From Podarcis muralis (taxonomy: Eukaryota), in the NCBI RefSeq assembly GCF_964188315.1, contig NC_135655.1, positions 114,576,001 to 114,640,000 on the forward strand: a DNA stretch of 64,000 bases, read 5' to 3'. Position 1 is the stretch's first letter. Every line of letters starts with the position of its first letter. The notes under the pieces are model-generated. The model searched no databases and was not told where the DNA came from. It saw only the letters and a list, made by a program, of their open reading frames with translations. The position numbers and the translations under genes are program-made. This document shows positions 12,593 through 26,188 of this stretch, piece after piece.

Positions 12593-13094
12593 GCATTATA
12601 CATGCGAATAGGACATGCACAAAGAAGAAGGCGTAGGAAAAAGAAGAAGAAGACATATTGCTTGTTATACCACTACGATTCCACGTATGCACCACAAGGG
12701 GAAGAGAGAGAAAAAAATGTCTACAGTTGAGGAAGAATGAAGGATTCCATTGCACGCACGAAGGACAAGTTTGACGCACACGGGAGAAAGGGGAGTGTTA
12801 CATCTTAAAATGTGCTTTTAAAAATTCCTTTTCCTCTCACTCTCGCTCTCGCACTCTCACTCGCTTTGCCTCCCCCCCCCCACCTCTCAAGGAAGAAAAA
12901 ATGCTTATTTTTCTTTCTTTTAAATAATTATTAAAAGTATTGTCATCTACTCAAAATGGCATGGCCCGTGTAACAGCCGCCCCCCCCATAAATACCACGT
13001 GGTGAGTTAAAAAAAAACATGGAAAAAGTCACATTATCTGGATGTCCAACAGCTCCAATAAGTTAAGACCAAATGATCATATTGAATCAGTGTT

Positions 13095-13101
13095 TACCCT
13101 G
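13095..13101 (-). promoter_or_regulatory. miR-10 seed site (7mer-A1, CAGGGUA) in HOXD10 3' UTR
   Basis: Minus strand UCAUCGUAAUGCAGGGUAA. miR-10 seed ACCCUG pairs with CAGGGU. HOXD10 is an established miR-10b target. Confidence 0.65.
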
Positions 13102-13155
13102 CATTACGATGAGAAAAATAATAATAAATTACACGTGCTAGGCTATATATATGTA

Positions 13156-13193
<38 letters not shown>

Positions 13194-13449
13194 CATATAT
13201 ATACTCGTCGTAGGAACACACATAAACACTTGCAGCACTAAAAAGAATGACAAAAGGTCACATTCTATCAGAAATTAAAAAAATGGAAAATGAAGGGGGT
13301 CTACTTTTGTCCCCCCCTCTCTGTCTCTGTTCCCCCCAAAGTCTTTCCTACATATATATATTTATTATATATATATATATATTTATATATACCAACTGGT
13401 GGTAACTGAGCCCAGGTCTCAATCCTTTCAAGCCCCCAGTTGAACCGGT

Positions 13450-13727
13450 TTATGAGAAGGTCAGATTGGCGGTCAGTTCTCGGATCCGGTTCTCTCTGCT
13501 CATCTTCTTGAGCTTCATTCTGCGGTTTTGAAACCATATCTTGACCTGCCTGTCAGTGAGGTTTACGCTCTTACTGATCTCTAGGCGGCGCTCTCGAGTG
13601 AGATACATATTGAACAAGAACTCTTTCTCTAATTCCAGTGTTTGATGTTTAGTATAGGGACACCTCTTCTTTCTGCCACTCTTTGCAGTTAACCAATTGC
13701 TGGTTGGAGTATCGGACTTGATTTCCT
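13450..13727 (-). CDS. HOXD10: HOXD10 exon 2 (homeodomain)
   Basis: ttgctag|AG GAA ATC gives [37 protein letters not shown]...[13 protein letters not shown] at 13452-13450. Confidence 0.98.
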
Positions 13728-15312
13728 CTAGCAACATCAAAGGAGAAGGAAAGAAGGAAGGAAGGGGAAATAAGAAAGAAAAAGAAAAAAGAAACACCTC
13801 AGTCTGTTATAGAGTACCCTTGGCCATGAACCTACTACATCCATTGTGTCTGGCAGATATGGTGGCTTGTGGGTATTAAACATTGCTAACGGAGGTGTGT
13901 ACATTGGGGCAGGGCGGGTTTGTTTTTTTTAAATATAAGGATAATGATACAAAAAATGGTGTCCACATTCGAGTTAAACAATGCCAGCAGCAACACTATT
14001 TTCCACTCTCTGGGTTATTTCTGCAGCTTTCCCAAACATTATCTCTATGCATTCTCCCTGCTAATCCACATATTTCAAAATAGCCTGTGGCACTGGGAGC
14101 AATATGAATACTGTCATCTTCCCAGTGGTTCGCATTTCAGTGGATGTGAACTGTGCAAACCAACCCTCGCCTTATAAAGCCACTTGTTTGGGAAATGGCT
14201 CAGTTAAAAACAGTACTATCCCCAATCATGTTGAAAGAGATTCATCTGCATCACTCATGAAATTAAGCAAACGCCCAAGGCGGGGGGTGGGGGGGAGGGA
14301 AGTGGCCTTTTTAGTCCCCAACTAACACCAATATGAAGGGGTGCGAATACCTAAAAATCAACTGTATTTATCGTTTTCACTTTTAATTCCCAATCTCCTA
14401 TTAGATGCAAATGCCAGACCTGGGCTTAATAAACATGGTCTGTGTTGTTCTGCACTTACTACGAGTAACAAATGCACAGTAGAGATTGACAAGTTAATTT
14501 TTACTAAAGGCATGGTTTCTGAGGGGCCCCCGCCCCGCTCTTCCACCATATTCTCCACTCTCCAAACGAAGCCCCTGCGGTCCTCCCCCATCTTGAAATA
14601 AACAATGCAGTTCCTTCCATTATTTCATAACAGCCTTCAAAGCCTAGTGAAATTAGGAGACCCAAACTTGTCTTATCTATAGTACCTTATCCCAAATTTA
14701 GACTTCCTTCGAAGAAAGGGCCTTGCCTTATTCTCCTCATACTTTATATGGGCTCTGCGGCACCTCCCTGTTTTATTTTATCTCGTCAAAAGAAAAAACA
14801 ACAACCCCACAACTTTTTATTACCATGCTTAGCAATCGACTGTGCTCTTCACAGAGAAGAACCACAGGAAATATTTGATCCCAATTTGACCGGGGGGGGG
14901 GGGAGAGTAACAGTGGGTGTAATTTAAGAACCTCTAATCTGAAGGAGCTGCTGGAGCAGTTATAATGCAGCAGCCTTGGCAAGAGAGAAACGAAAACACC
15001 CTTTTCCTGGCTGAATCTCTGGGATTCAAAAGACATAAAACGATGGGTGTCACCAACATCGTGGCCAGGTCCTAAGGTATCCATGCCCTTCTATTTCCTT
15101 TTTGTTTTTCCAATTGCAAAAACAGCACATACCCAGCACCTGCAGCAGCAGAAAGAGGTGACGGGGGGGGGACCCTGTCTGCTGAGCAGTTATGGCTGAG
15201 CTTAAAGCATTAAATGCTCCTGTGGTTTACGAGACTGGCGTGCCCAAGTTAGTCTGCCACCACGTTCGGGTATCTGCCCCCCACAGCCGCCAACTTCTGC
15301 GATCATACCGAC

Positions 15313-16108
15313 CTTTGCTTTCTTTCTCTTGGGTTTCTGGGCTGGAAACGGAGGCTTCAGCTAGGCAGCTCCTGTCGTCTTGCAGCGTGGACTTAGACTC
15401 GGGACTTTCCACTTGAGAGACTTTGGCAGAGTTGTCTGAATGGTGGCTGCTGGTGCTGCTGGTGGTGTTGGCGGCGGCGGCGGCGCTGCCGCTGTTGGGG
15501 TTTTCATTCATTTTCTTCTCCATCGGAAGTTGCGAAGCTATCTGCGGTTTGGAAGCGCCGCGAGGGTTTAACTGCAACATGACAGTTGAACTCGTTTCGG
15601 GGCTGTTATGGTACTCTTGGGTTTTCCCAGTGGCGTAGGTCTGGCTCAGTCTGAAATATCCTGGGACGGGGACCTCGGGGTTTTCAATGGAGCACGAGTC
15701 AGAGACCAGCCTCTGGTATGAAGGGACGTCGGACGAAGACACCAGCTTGGAGCGCTTATCAGAATACATGCAGCAATTGGTTTCTTCCTTAATATTTGTC
15801 GTGAAGGAGCAGGTGGGGACCTGCTGAGTAACAGGTTGCTCTATTCGGCAGGACCTGTTCGGATCAGTCCAGTTGTCTACTTGAGGTATATAAGGGTGTA
15901 CATTCATACCCATATTTTGATGGTTGACTTCTCTCTTGGCCAGAGACGGTAGAAGTCCACAGGTTTGCATCCCATAAGTCCCAATGTCTGTGCTAGGTGG
16001 CATGTACATACTGGCGCTGTTGGAATAGAAACTATCGCTCCTGCAGGCACTGATCAAGGAATCGACTAGGAAAGTGTTGGCGGCAGGAGAGCTGTTGGGA
16101 AAGGACAT
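15313..16108 (-). CDS. HOXD10: HOXD10 exon 1
   Basis: [29 protein letters not shown]...[13 protein letters not shown]...QEKESK. Donor AAAG|GTCGGT at 15313/15312, 796 nt, phase 1. Intron 13728-15312. Confidence 0.97.
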
Positions 16109-16208
16109 TTTGGGGAGGAATTTGAAGAAGAGAGATTGTGTCCTTTGTAGGCTGACATCTCTACGAAAACATTCCCTGTGTAATTGTGGATGCCTCTGCA
16201 CAACCACA

Positions 16209-16271
16209 TGACAGCTAAGCCAATGAGATTTGAAAATGGCCTTCAGCCGCTACCTCCCCGCCGGTCACGTG
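16209..16271 (-). promoter_or_regulatory. HOXD10 proximal promoter motifs (TGACAG TALE site, CCAAT, CACGTG)
   Basis: TGACAG 16209-16214, CCAAT 16220-16224, GTCACGTG ending at 16271. Confidence 0.5.
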
Positions 16272-19200
16272 CTCCGCGGGACACTCCGGGCTGCGGCGCA
16301 AAGGTGGTCAACAGCGACATCTAGAACGTCGAGGAGAAAGTGCGCGCGCTCCTCCAAGCCAGGGAGCTCCAGCGGCGGCAGCAATATTAGTAGCAACCTT
16401 TTTCCCTGCTTTTTTTTTTTTTTTTTTTTTTGGTCCTTTTGCAAAGGCAGCCCTGGCGCACTGCGCTGATTTAAAACAAGGAAATGCGTTGAACTGATCT
16501 GACCCCCCTATACCCCCCCCATCTCGCAACTCTTCCGTTGTTGCTGCTTGGTTGTTGTTGTTGTTTGTTTTGTGTTTTTTGTGTGTTTTTTAACACCACA
16601 AAGGAGTTACTGTCCGAATTCAGGCTGATCCTGATCAATATATATATACATATATATGAGACAGGTACTTCAGGAAAATCCCTGGCTGGCTTAAACAGAG
16701 GCAAGGGGGGTGGGAGATGGACGCAGAGGCGCGCGCAGACACACAGAGAGATGGAGGGAGTGGGAAGGGGAGACGCATGCAATCCTACAAGGCGAAATAT
16801 GTGGGTCTTCTTCTCATTCTCCCCACCTGTGAATAGTAATGGTGATGATAATATTGATAAAAGTGGTTTCCCCCATCTCCAGTCCTCATGGTTGCCCAAC
16901 ATCTCCTTCAAGTTACATGAATTGGCGGCAACTGACGTCCTCAGAAGAGACGTCCCTAAGTCTCAGCCCTGGACAACACATCCTTCTCTTCTCCACTACT
17001 TCCTCCTTTCACTTCATAATCAAACACTTTCTAAAACAAAAGCCACAACATATAATAAGGTCCCAAAAAAGTTGTGTGTGTGTTGTTTGTTTTTTGAGGG
17101 TGGACAGCTGACTATGTCTGAAGTGTAGGCGATCTCCCAACGTGTCATAATTTGGGGAAGATACAAAGGGGTGGTGGTAGCGGTGCAAATAATGTTACCT
17201 TTTATGGATTTTGTAAAAGCATTGGTTCCTGACAAGTGCAAGGTACAAAAGGTTGTGGAATTTATTAATACAGATTAAGAAGAATCAGAGCGATCAATAA
17301 AATTCTCATCTACATTCTTGAGCCACTTGGTAATTTTCTTGCTTCTGAAGCTTTTTCAAGAGTTATACCCTCTGTTGCCACACACGGGAAGATATTTTAT
17401 TAACAAATCAATCGAGACTTTGTAAAGGATAAGATTAATAGTTAAGATTTAGCATAATGGTGTTCGTGTTATGAATTATTGAAAATTATACTATTGATTT
17501 TTCCTCTTCGCTGCTAACCAAGAAGGTCAATTTTTGTTTTAATACAAATCGTCAAATATTAAAAGCTAGAAAAAAAAAATGGTCATAAGTTTGGTTTTAT
17601 AGCTCCAGCAGATTCCTAAAATAAAATAATTAATAAATAAGATGAGGGTCCTTTCTCATAGTACATATGTGAAGAAATTCTCTTTGCCCACGAAAATGGC
17701 ACCAGAGAAAAGGTAAAGTTTTCGTAGACGATGTTGCTGAACTTCACACAAAAAAACCCCCCACATATGCACTCACAACGCGGTAGCCCGCATCCCACAA
17801 CGGAATCTGCTGGCTTCTTACATTATTTCATTACCCAACTTCATATCTATTAAAAAGGGCGATAATAAACACCTGAGTCCACCCCTCCCTAGTTCTTGAC
17901 CACAGGAATCGTGGGCAACTCTGCCTATGGAGAAATTTGGACGCTTCTTTCAAAATAGATTTCCCCATTTCGATGTTCATCCTTTCTTTTCCTTATATTT
18001 ATACCCGCATCACTCCCTTTTCTTGAAACACAAGGGGACACATATCCTTGAAATTAAGGACTGTTCTCCCCCCCCCTCTCACCTTCGGGACTTTAAAAAC
18101 ATTCATATTTTCCCTCTCCTCCCCGCTTGTTTGGCAGTGTGTTTTTACTCCAAAGGTGTCCCTTTATTCATAAAATGTCACACGCCGCACGCCACACAGG
18201 AACTATCTACTTGAGGTTAAATGTTGCCTTGAGTCCATCTATTTATTCCAGGCCTTGAGCTCATCCCTATCAGCAAACCTTCCTTCTCTCCTTTGAAATA
18301 AGAACCTCGGGGAAACCAAAACAGACCCTTTGAAATGGCACCCACGGCCTCTCCAATGACTGCAAGAAGCTTAATTTTCCGTCCTGGTTTTTTCACCCTT
18401 ATGTCTTTGGCACTTTGGGGGGGGGGGTTGCTTCACTTTCCCCCCTCTTCTTCTTCTTCTTCTTCCTCCCCTATCCATTTGCCGAAAACAACCCCCTCAC
18501 CCCAGTTTGAAATCTCGCTGTGGCAATGAGACAGACCCTTTTTGAAAAAGCTTATCGCAGCTGTTCAAATACAACATCATTGTCAGGTTAAGAGCCGGTG
18601 GGTTTTACGGCTCCAGCCGCCTCTCTTCTCTCCCTCTGTCTCGCTCTCTCTCTCTCTATGGCTTCTGTGTTTGTCGGAGAATCTCCAGCTTACCTTCATA
18701 AAATAAGCTACATTCCACCATCACCACCCCAGATAAACATTTTCTCTCTTTCTTCATGGTCCCCTTTAAATTGCGGGTCCATAAGCCATGCCCTTGTCCT
18801 GGATAGGGGCTTAGAAATAAGGGACACAGCACCGCAAGGAAGTGGTGGTGGTCCCAGTGTAGGAGAGAGGATTTTTGTTTTCCCCCACACACACCTCCTC
18901 CTTTTCTCCAATTTGAGATCATTATCAGAGCCATTGCTAAGATTTTGTCTGAGCTGGGGAACAAACAAAAGTGGAGGTCACGATGCTCCCTCTTTGGGGG
19001 CCGGCTTTTTATGTGCTTTCCAGCAATTTCCCTTCCTCCCCCCCCCCTTCCCTCTCCCCTCAAAACAAGACGCCAGACAACCCACCGAGTTTAAAGCAAC
19101 CCAATACTATTTTCTGGTCTGCATTTTAAGACTTGACTGTGAAATCTAATCAGTTTTTTAAAAAATAATAATAACAATTCCCCTTCAAACGGCCTTCCGT

Positions 19201-19425
19201 AATTCTTATTTACACTTTAAGAAGTGCCCTAGAAATCTCCCAATGGCCACATCCTCTTTATTTTATTTTAGTTTGGCTATATGTTGCCCAGTTGTAACAT
19301 TAAAGCAAGCCAGACTTTCCCCCCTGTTTTCCATCTCAGGGGTGTGTGTTGTTTAATGAACTGACTCCGAGTCTTCCCTTTAGAGTTAGGACATTTCGCT
19401 AGATTTGAGGCGCAAGATACTAATG

Positions 19426-19439
19426 CCGCCATCTAATGA
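19426..19439 (-). promoter_or_regulatory. Candidate CTCF motif between HOXD10 and HOXD11
   Basis: Minus strand TCATTAGATGGCGG, 12/14 to CCASYAGRKGGCRS. Confidence 0.5.
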
Positions 19440-21027
19440 CCTCCAATTATTTTGTTAGATAAACCATGTGTACCGTTAAGGCTCTCCAGTTCTGAAGCAA
19501 TCCATTGATCATCACCAATTACTACTTTTAATAAAAAAAGAGTAAGGGTGGGGACAGAATTTGAGCAGCCTTGGGCAAATATATTAAAGTGTGTGGGGTG
19601 GGGTGGGGAATGGCACTGAAAACCGAAAACCTTAAAATTTGTGTGACACATCTAAAGGTTGAATAAACATCTCATTGGGAAATGGGTTACTCAGACCTTG
19701 TGTGTTTAACGCCACTTCAGTTTTAAATCATATTAAGATGGAATTGTAGTAATTAACATTAATAAATAAATCAATATTGTGCCATAAATGAGATATACAA
19801 TCTACATTAATGCAAAGGTTTTCCTCTTTTACTGTCCCATATTTTTTCTTCAAAACCCCCCGAAAAAGCTCCATTTATAACTCGATTACTATTTGCAGTA
19901 AAATATATGTTGACATCCCCCTTTTCTGTCTTAATAAATAATAGAAAATAAAACCCGAGAGGAAAAGTCGATACTTTAAACTTTAATTTTAATCCTTCAG
20001 ATTTATTCGACATTTTGTGGCTGGCCGTTCGATGCCCTTTTTGGGCTTTGTTTTGGAATGTATGTAGGGACGTATTCAAAGATATTCCTCCTACCTTTTC
20101 CTCTTCTAACTGCAATTTGTTTTATTCTCTTCTCATTATTAAAGGGATGGGGGAGGGGAAGGAGCCGATCCAAAAGTGGGGGGCAGATATTTTGCAGCTG
20201 TGGACTCTGAACTGGACTGACAAATATTGTTCAAAAGATTGGCATTCAGACGGGCTCCCTGGAAGCCTATCTAAATGTTCCCTTCCTCCTTTCATCTAAG
20301 TATTATTTAATCTGGAGGCGTTTACACATTGATTCAGTTTATTTCATTCCACACCACTGCAGAGCAGAGGCGCTGAAAGGTATTCCTTTTAATTAAGAAA
20401 GGAAATTAGTGCCATACAATATCGTGGCTTTTCGTCCCATCATAACACAGCAATTAAATGATTCTGCTTTCTGAGCCTCACGTTGTTATGCGGAGCAGAG
20501 ACAACGTCCCAAATATTTGGATTAAAAAGACGAGGGAGATGTGTGATGAGACCATCGCTCTTGGTAATGCGCAGAACATAATTAACTAATATTAACCATA
20601 CTACATGAGATATGAGGGAAAAGTCAACACCACGCCCTCCCTTATTTTTGCTCTGCAGATATTATATGCATCTCTATAGCTATATAGGTATCTAGGTCTA
20701 TAGATATCTATAGATGTACCAACTGATACACGTCATAAACGAATCTCCCCTGAAGAGGATTCACGTTTTGTCCATTGTTTATCATAAGCCTTTTGTACAC
20801 AAAAGCACGAGTTCAATTTCAGACGCTCGCAGCCTTTACTAGAAGGGTCTGACCAGGTTAATGTCTTTACAGCATACATCCTCTACTCTCTCAATTAATT
20901 AGAAGCTCCGGAGAGACTTAGTACTGTATACAATAGCATTGGCCGTAGTCTTGAGTTACAGTTATTTAAAACATGGAAGTATCAATGCGGCATAAGCTTT
21001 AGCAGATTTGGCAACCTTGGATGGAGG

Positions 21028-21065
<38 letters not shown>

Positions 21066-23476
21066 TAGACAGAGAGACTTTTGTATTTTAAATTGCCAAC
21101 GTTTTCTGCGCCATCTTAACACTCTCAGATCAAAAAGGCTTTGGGAAATTGCTGAAAATCATAACCAAAATGAACTCCCATCCCCACACCTCCCCAGGTC
21201 CATCACACGTGCGTGAAGGTTCCACAAAGAACAAAGGCGAGATTTTAAATATCCAACTAATTTAATGAGCAGAGTATATATAATACGCATATAGCCCCAA
21301 CCACAATGTTACATTTTTTTAATTTTCAAAACAAGGTCTTAATATAAATGGGAGGGGAGGGGAGGGGTGAGGGAGAATTCTAACCGTGTAGTTTAGTCTT
21401 CATGCGGTGTCTGACAAGGCGTGCGTTAATTTAACAGTCGGGCGAAAGCCCCACACCAAACATTAACCTTTTCTACATTATTCTTTCCCAACATAGATTC
21501 ATCTTACACCATCCCGTTTATTATGGATCTTAAATGGCAAATACCAATTTCATTTGTGTTTCAACATAATGGTGTGGGTTTTTTTAAAAAAAAAAACATT
21601 TCATTTTATTTCAGAACACTTCCGTTTATTTCAGGCGGAAAGGCTATTCTAGGTAACTGGCGTAACAATGAACTCCTTTTTATAAAAAAAAATTATTTTA
21701 AAAATCCACTGGAAAACAATGCGCCCAACATTCATTTGGTAGGGATGACTTTGAATGTGTCTAGTTTATTGGATTACACAATGCCAAATTTCGAATCCAT
21801 ATTATGCAGAAGGAGAAAGGCGGAGGAAACCAACTCTGATCTTTGGTGTTTTTACCTAAAAGTGCGTTTTCGGAGACAACTAAGATCTCCCAAATCAGAT
21901 GTCCTTTTTGTGGAAGGGGTTCCGTTTTTGTTTTAAACATTTTAGGGGTCCTTGGAATACATAATTCTCTTTCCGTTTGTATCCTTTCTGTGGAGAATGA
22001 AAATTAGTTTCACAATATCGGGTCAAGGTGACGAAATGATATCCACCAGACGCAAAATGCCCGACTCTTCTCTGGTAAATAAAGCTATCTCTAGAGAAAA
22101 GGCACCCCCCCAAAAAAAGATGAATACTCAGCAGCCCATTTTCTCACTGATTAAAAGTACACATTCTTTTTAACATTGAACTATCTGCCTGCGTTGGTCT
22201 TCTCATGAAAAAATCTCGACCTAAATATAAACTGCCTTTGATCACATTGGTATTTTTGGGGCGCTATGATTGCGCTGAAAGAGAAACAATTAGAATTTCG
22301 TTCTGTTGAGGAAATCCAGGAGATAAACTACCCCGTCCTAAAAAATTACTAGTTTTAAAAAAATTCTTATGCATCATATTGTAAAAGATTATGACCCAAA
22401 ATATTTTTTTTTTAATGAAATACGTCTTGTTCGTGTCATGGTCATGAGTTACTTGTTTAATAAATCCTGTTTATGCTCTATTTTCTCATTTCCCAAGCCC
22501 TGAAAACTTATAGTTGCTTATATATTAGATATTTTATTAGTAGCAGGGTGATTGGGGACGGGGGGGTTGGAAGTACACTTGAACATCAGGACAATTAGAC
22601 ATTCTGGAATATTAGCGCGCCCTCTTGTGGAATTTAGCAGTCCGGCATGCAGGGAATTTTCTATTTGAAAAAAACGCTGCATGCTTTCTTCTTGCATTTC
22701 TGAGACATTATTCTGTTGGGTTTTTTCTTCGGAAAAAAAGCTTTTATATTTCTATTCCTATATATGAAAGCTTTTTTCGAAGAAAAAACCCAACGGAGTT
22801 GTCTTAGGACAACTGTTGTTGGTGAATTTGAATTGATTCGCCGTTTTGGTACATTCCTGACTGAAGAGTAAATGATAAGGAAAGTCACCCCCTTTTTAAT
22901 AAAACAGTTTAAGGCATCAGGAAAGCACACAATATTTTCCTATAACGTTAAGAGGATATTATTTTTTCAGGCGCCTTGAGACTATAAGTTGAATTATTTG
23001 GACGTCCTATGGGCTCCAAATCACAAGTCGGTTCTTTTTCGGATAATCTGCGTCACATTGAATTCCATGAACGAATTCTCATTTATTTTAGTGGCACTGA
23101 TTTGCAACTGTTGCTTTTGACTTTATTTATCTATTGGGATGTTTTTTTTTAAAAAAAAAAAATTGTATTGACCTGATTTCTGTATGTATATCACTACCAA
23201 ACAGTAAAAGAAAAATTTGAGAAGAAATGGTGGATTATGCCTTGCGGGGCGGGAGGGCGGCTAGGGACAGAATTCTAAATATGGTTTCAGGAGGAATTAG
23301 AAGAGGTTTCACAGCAAATAAGCTGTTAGTCTGGAGAAACTGCAATGGAGTTAGTCTGGAGAATTCTGCAAATGCCCCTGGTCAGAACTGATGAAATGAA
23401 CTATTTCCTGGTGGAAGTCGAAGCGCTCCAAAGACCTACGTGGTGGATTCGCGGGTGTGGATAGCTATGCAGTAAG

Positions 23477-23522
<46 letters not shown>

Positions 23523-23669
23523 TAGGTGGGTGGGTGGGTGGGTGTGCGAGAGAGAGAAAAGCCAGAGAGCGGGGGGAGGAAGTAAGAAATGGGGGGAAGA
23601 GGCACACAGAGAGAGTGGGTGGTGGTTGAAAATAAGAGAGGAACCTTTAAGGCTCCTAATTATTCAGAA

Positions 23670-23713
23670 AGGTTAAAGGTGATGACCTTGACATTTTGGA
23701 AGTTCAAAGGCAG
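23670..23713. promoter_or_regulatory. Nuclear-receptor half-site cluster 3' of HOXD11 (region IX-like)
   Basis: AGGTTA-A-AGGTGA (DR1), AGGTGA-TGACCT (IR0), TGACCT-TGACAT and AGTTCA-A-AGGCAG within 44 bp. Confidence 0.55.
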
Positions 23714-23927
23714 ACACTTACTGTTTTCCTTGCTTAAGAGTTTCAAGTTTTAATTTTTGGCCATGCCCACCTGAAGCCTCGACGCTTAACGTTTGTTTTA
23801 TATGTTTCGCTCTCGTTTTATCCGTCCAGTTTGGCCTTTAATTGATGCAAAATGGACCCACCGCTTCTCCCTCCCCCGCCCTGCTCTCCTTCTTTTTTTA
23901 AGCCAAATTCTTTTCTCACTCGTCTCC

Positions 23928-23933
23928 TTTATT
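23928..23933 (-). terminator. Candidate HOXD11 poly(A) signal
   Basis: First TTTATT I found on plus downstream of the HOXD11 stop (about 1.67 kb). Confidence 0.35.
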
Positions 23934-25595
23934 GCTCGTTGCGGAAATCTCTTTTTCTGCCACCAGAAGGTGTACAATATAACCCAATTAAGCTGTTTAG
24001 ACCCTGAGCTTTTATGGTGTTGTCTAGACAGTTCAAGGTTTTGTAAACAGCCTAGCTAGGTCGCGCAATATAAAAGTAGAGGCGAGGACCTCCACCAAAC
24101 CCTTCTCGGAAAAATAGTAATAATTGTAATAATAATAATGATAATGAAGAATGGGCAGCTTGGTGGCTAATTAGATTATTTCTCCCGTTCCTTTGTGTGT
24201 GTGTGTGAATATAGGGTGGAAGTTCAGGAGGCACCTTTTAAAAGATTTGTCCTCCTTTTTCCAGTACCAGTCACCCATCCTTAATTAAGTTCAAGTTTTG
24301 GAGTGGGAAGTTTCGTTTCGACTGGAACTCTAAGTCGCTATGCTAGTTCGCTTCGCTCCCCAAAGTTCATTAGAACTTTGCACTACAGTGGATCTGTTAT
24401 CCACTATAAGTCGGATCAGGATGTGCTTTACAATATAGCGCATTTTTAAAATACAGGATATGTTCCAGACAGAGTTTTAAAAGCAACACCTTTTAACTCC
24501 CACTTATTCAAATGGCATAGATTTACATACATATTTTTCCCCCAGGCTGACATGTTGAGTTTCCCCCTTAAAATAACAAAACCTGGGTAAGCCCGCCGGG
24601 GACGTTGCTCCTGTTTTTTGGGGTTTTTTTTAAAAATATTCTCATTATAGCGGGGAAAGAGAGAACGAACAGGTTTTTTTCTCTTTGAAATGTAGGGGCA
24701 GGAGGGGAGCACATAACGGTGGGTCGGACCACACTCTCAGCTATTAGTCGATTTCACTTGACACCAGCAGGGACCCGACTATGGACCTTCAGAGATGGCA
24801 CTGCTCATAACGCACGCGGAAAAGGCAACTTCAACCTTACTAGGAACCATTTGTTCACATGAGCAAGACAGTGTCCCGTGCTGCTTCTTTTTAAAAACAA
24901 CCCCCCCCCCCCAAAAAAAGGCAATGGAAGCCAGATATCTCTCTCTACACTGGCGTGCGTAAAGGTAGCTACCGAATGCACAGGACCACCTCTTCGACAA
25001 CGACAACGAAAGGAGGAAGTTGAGAGGAGTCACTCTCTCCTATCTCAGACCCAACAGAAAGCGGGCCCAACACGGCTGTTTCATAACGCGCTTCTTTCTT
25101 AACTACCATCTACATTCGAGGTCTAGTAGCGGCCTCCGCCAGGAACTAAGGAGAAGTGGGTGGGGAGGGAATTAAAGCAACACGGTGGGTAGTTTCACCA
25201 AAGAAAAAGAGAGAGGATGGAAAGGGAGTGGAAATCCAGACAAAACGACAACCCCCAAACCCAAAACTCCAACGACACACAACAAGGTTAGAATGGACTA
25301 TTGGATTTACCCTCTCGGTTTCTGGTCCCCCTTTAGAGGATTCCTCTCCGCCAAGCGCCCCAAGACCTCTCGTGGACACAAGGGCTGTTTGGAAGAACCA
25401 GATCTGCTGAGCATGGGTGAAATAAAAACAATAAAAATAACAATAAAGGGAACTTGTCCGCAGGGTGGATGTCGTGTAAACCTCTTGATTATTATTTTTT
25501 TTGAATATTATTATTATTTTTTTGCACTCAGGTGGCAGGTTGGACCAGGGAGGGAGGTCTTCTTCGCCTCTCCTTCTCCTCCCCGCTTAGTCCTC

Positions 25596-25831
25596 TCAAA
25601 ACAAGGGGTTCCCCGTGAAATACTGCAGTCGATCTCTGTTCAGTTTCTTTTCTTTCATCCGTCGATTTTGGAACCATATTTTGACTTGTCGATCCGTGAG
25701 GTTCAGCATCCTAGACAGCTGGAGTCTTTTCTCTTTGTTTATGTACACGTTGAAGAAAAACTCCCGTTCCAGTTCTCTTATCTGGTATTTCGTGTAAGGA
25801 CATCTTTTTTTCCGGGATCGCTGGGGAAGTG
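25596..25831 (-). CDS. HOXD11: HOXD11 exon 2 (homeodomain)
   Basis: tgtccag|CA CTT CCC CAG gives (A)[77 protein letters not shown]. The FTGNPLF end is diagnostic of HOXD11. Confidence 0.98.
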
Positions 25832-26137
25832 CTGGACATTCAGGAAAGGAAGAAAAAAAAACACAACCCAATAATGATGATGATAATAATAATAATGAGG
25901 GAAGCGGGGTGGGAGACAGAAGGGGGAAATTAGGAACGAAGAAATTAAGAAGCTGGCATATGTTGTCCCACTCAGAACACTTTCAAGCAGAGCTACACTT
26001 CCTAAGGACTTACTGTAACTATTCCCTTACTCCCTGGGAAACCGACCACTGAAACATCCAGGGAGTTTTCTGCCTCACGCTAGTCAACTTTGTCAAAGTG
26101 GTTTTTGGAAGGTGTGGGTGGAAGAAGAAAAGATGGA

Positions 26138-26188
<51 letters not shown>
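26138..26188. repeat. (AAT)17 microsatellite in HOXD11 intron
   Basis: Perfect trinucleotide run. Confidence 0.95.

Noticed and set aside
13361-13366. Proximal AATAAA 85 nt after the HOXD10 stop
   Set aside because: Embedded in a TA microsatellite, probably incidental; its use would delete the conserved miR-10 site.
20697-20714. 18-bp palindrome TCTATAGATATCTATAGA
   Set aside because: Part of a degenerate TA/GATA simple repeat; expected by slippage.
25185-25874. 229-aa plus-strand ORF, and the 202-aa ORF at 34140-34748
   Set aside because: Antisense to HOXD11 exon 2 and UTR, or built on (GAAA)n; low-complexity translations with no domain.
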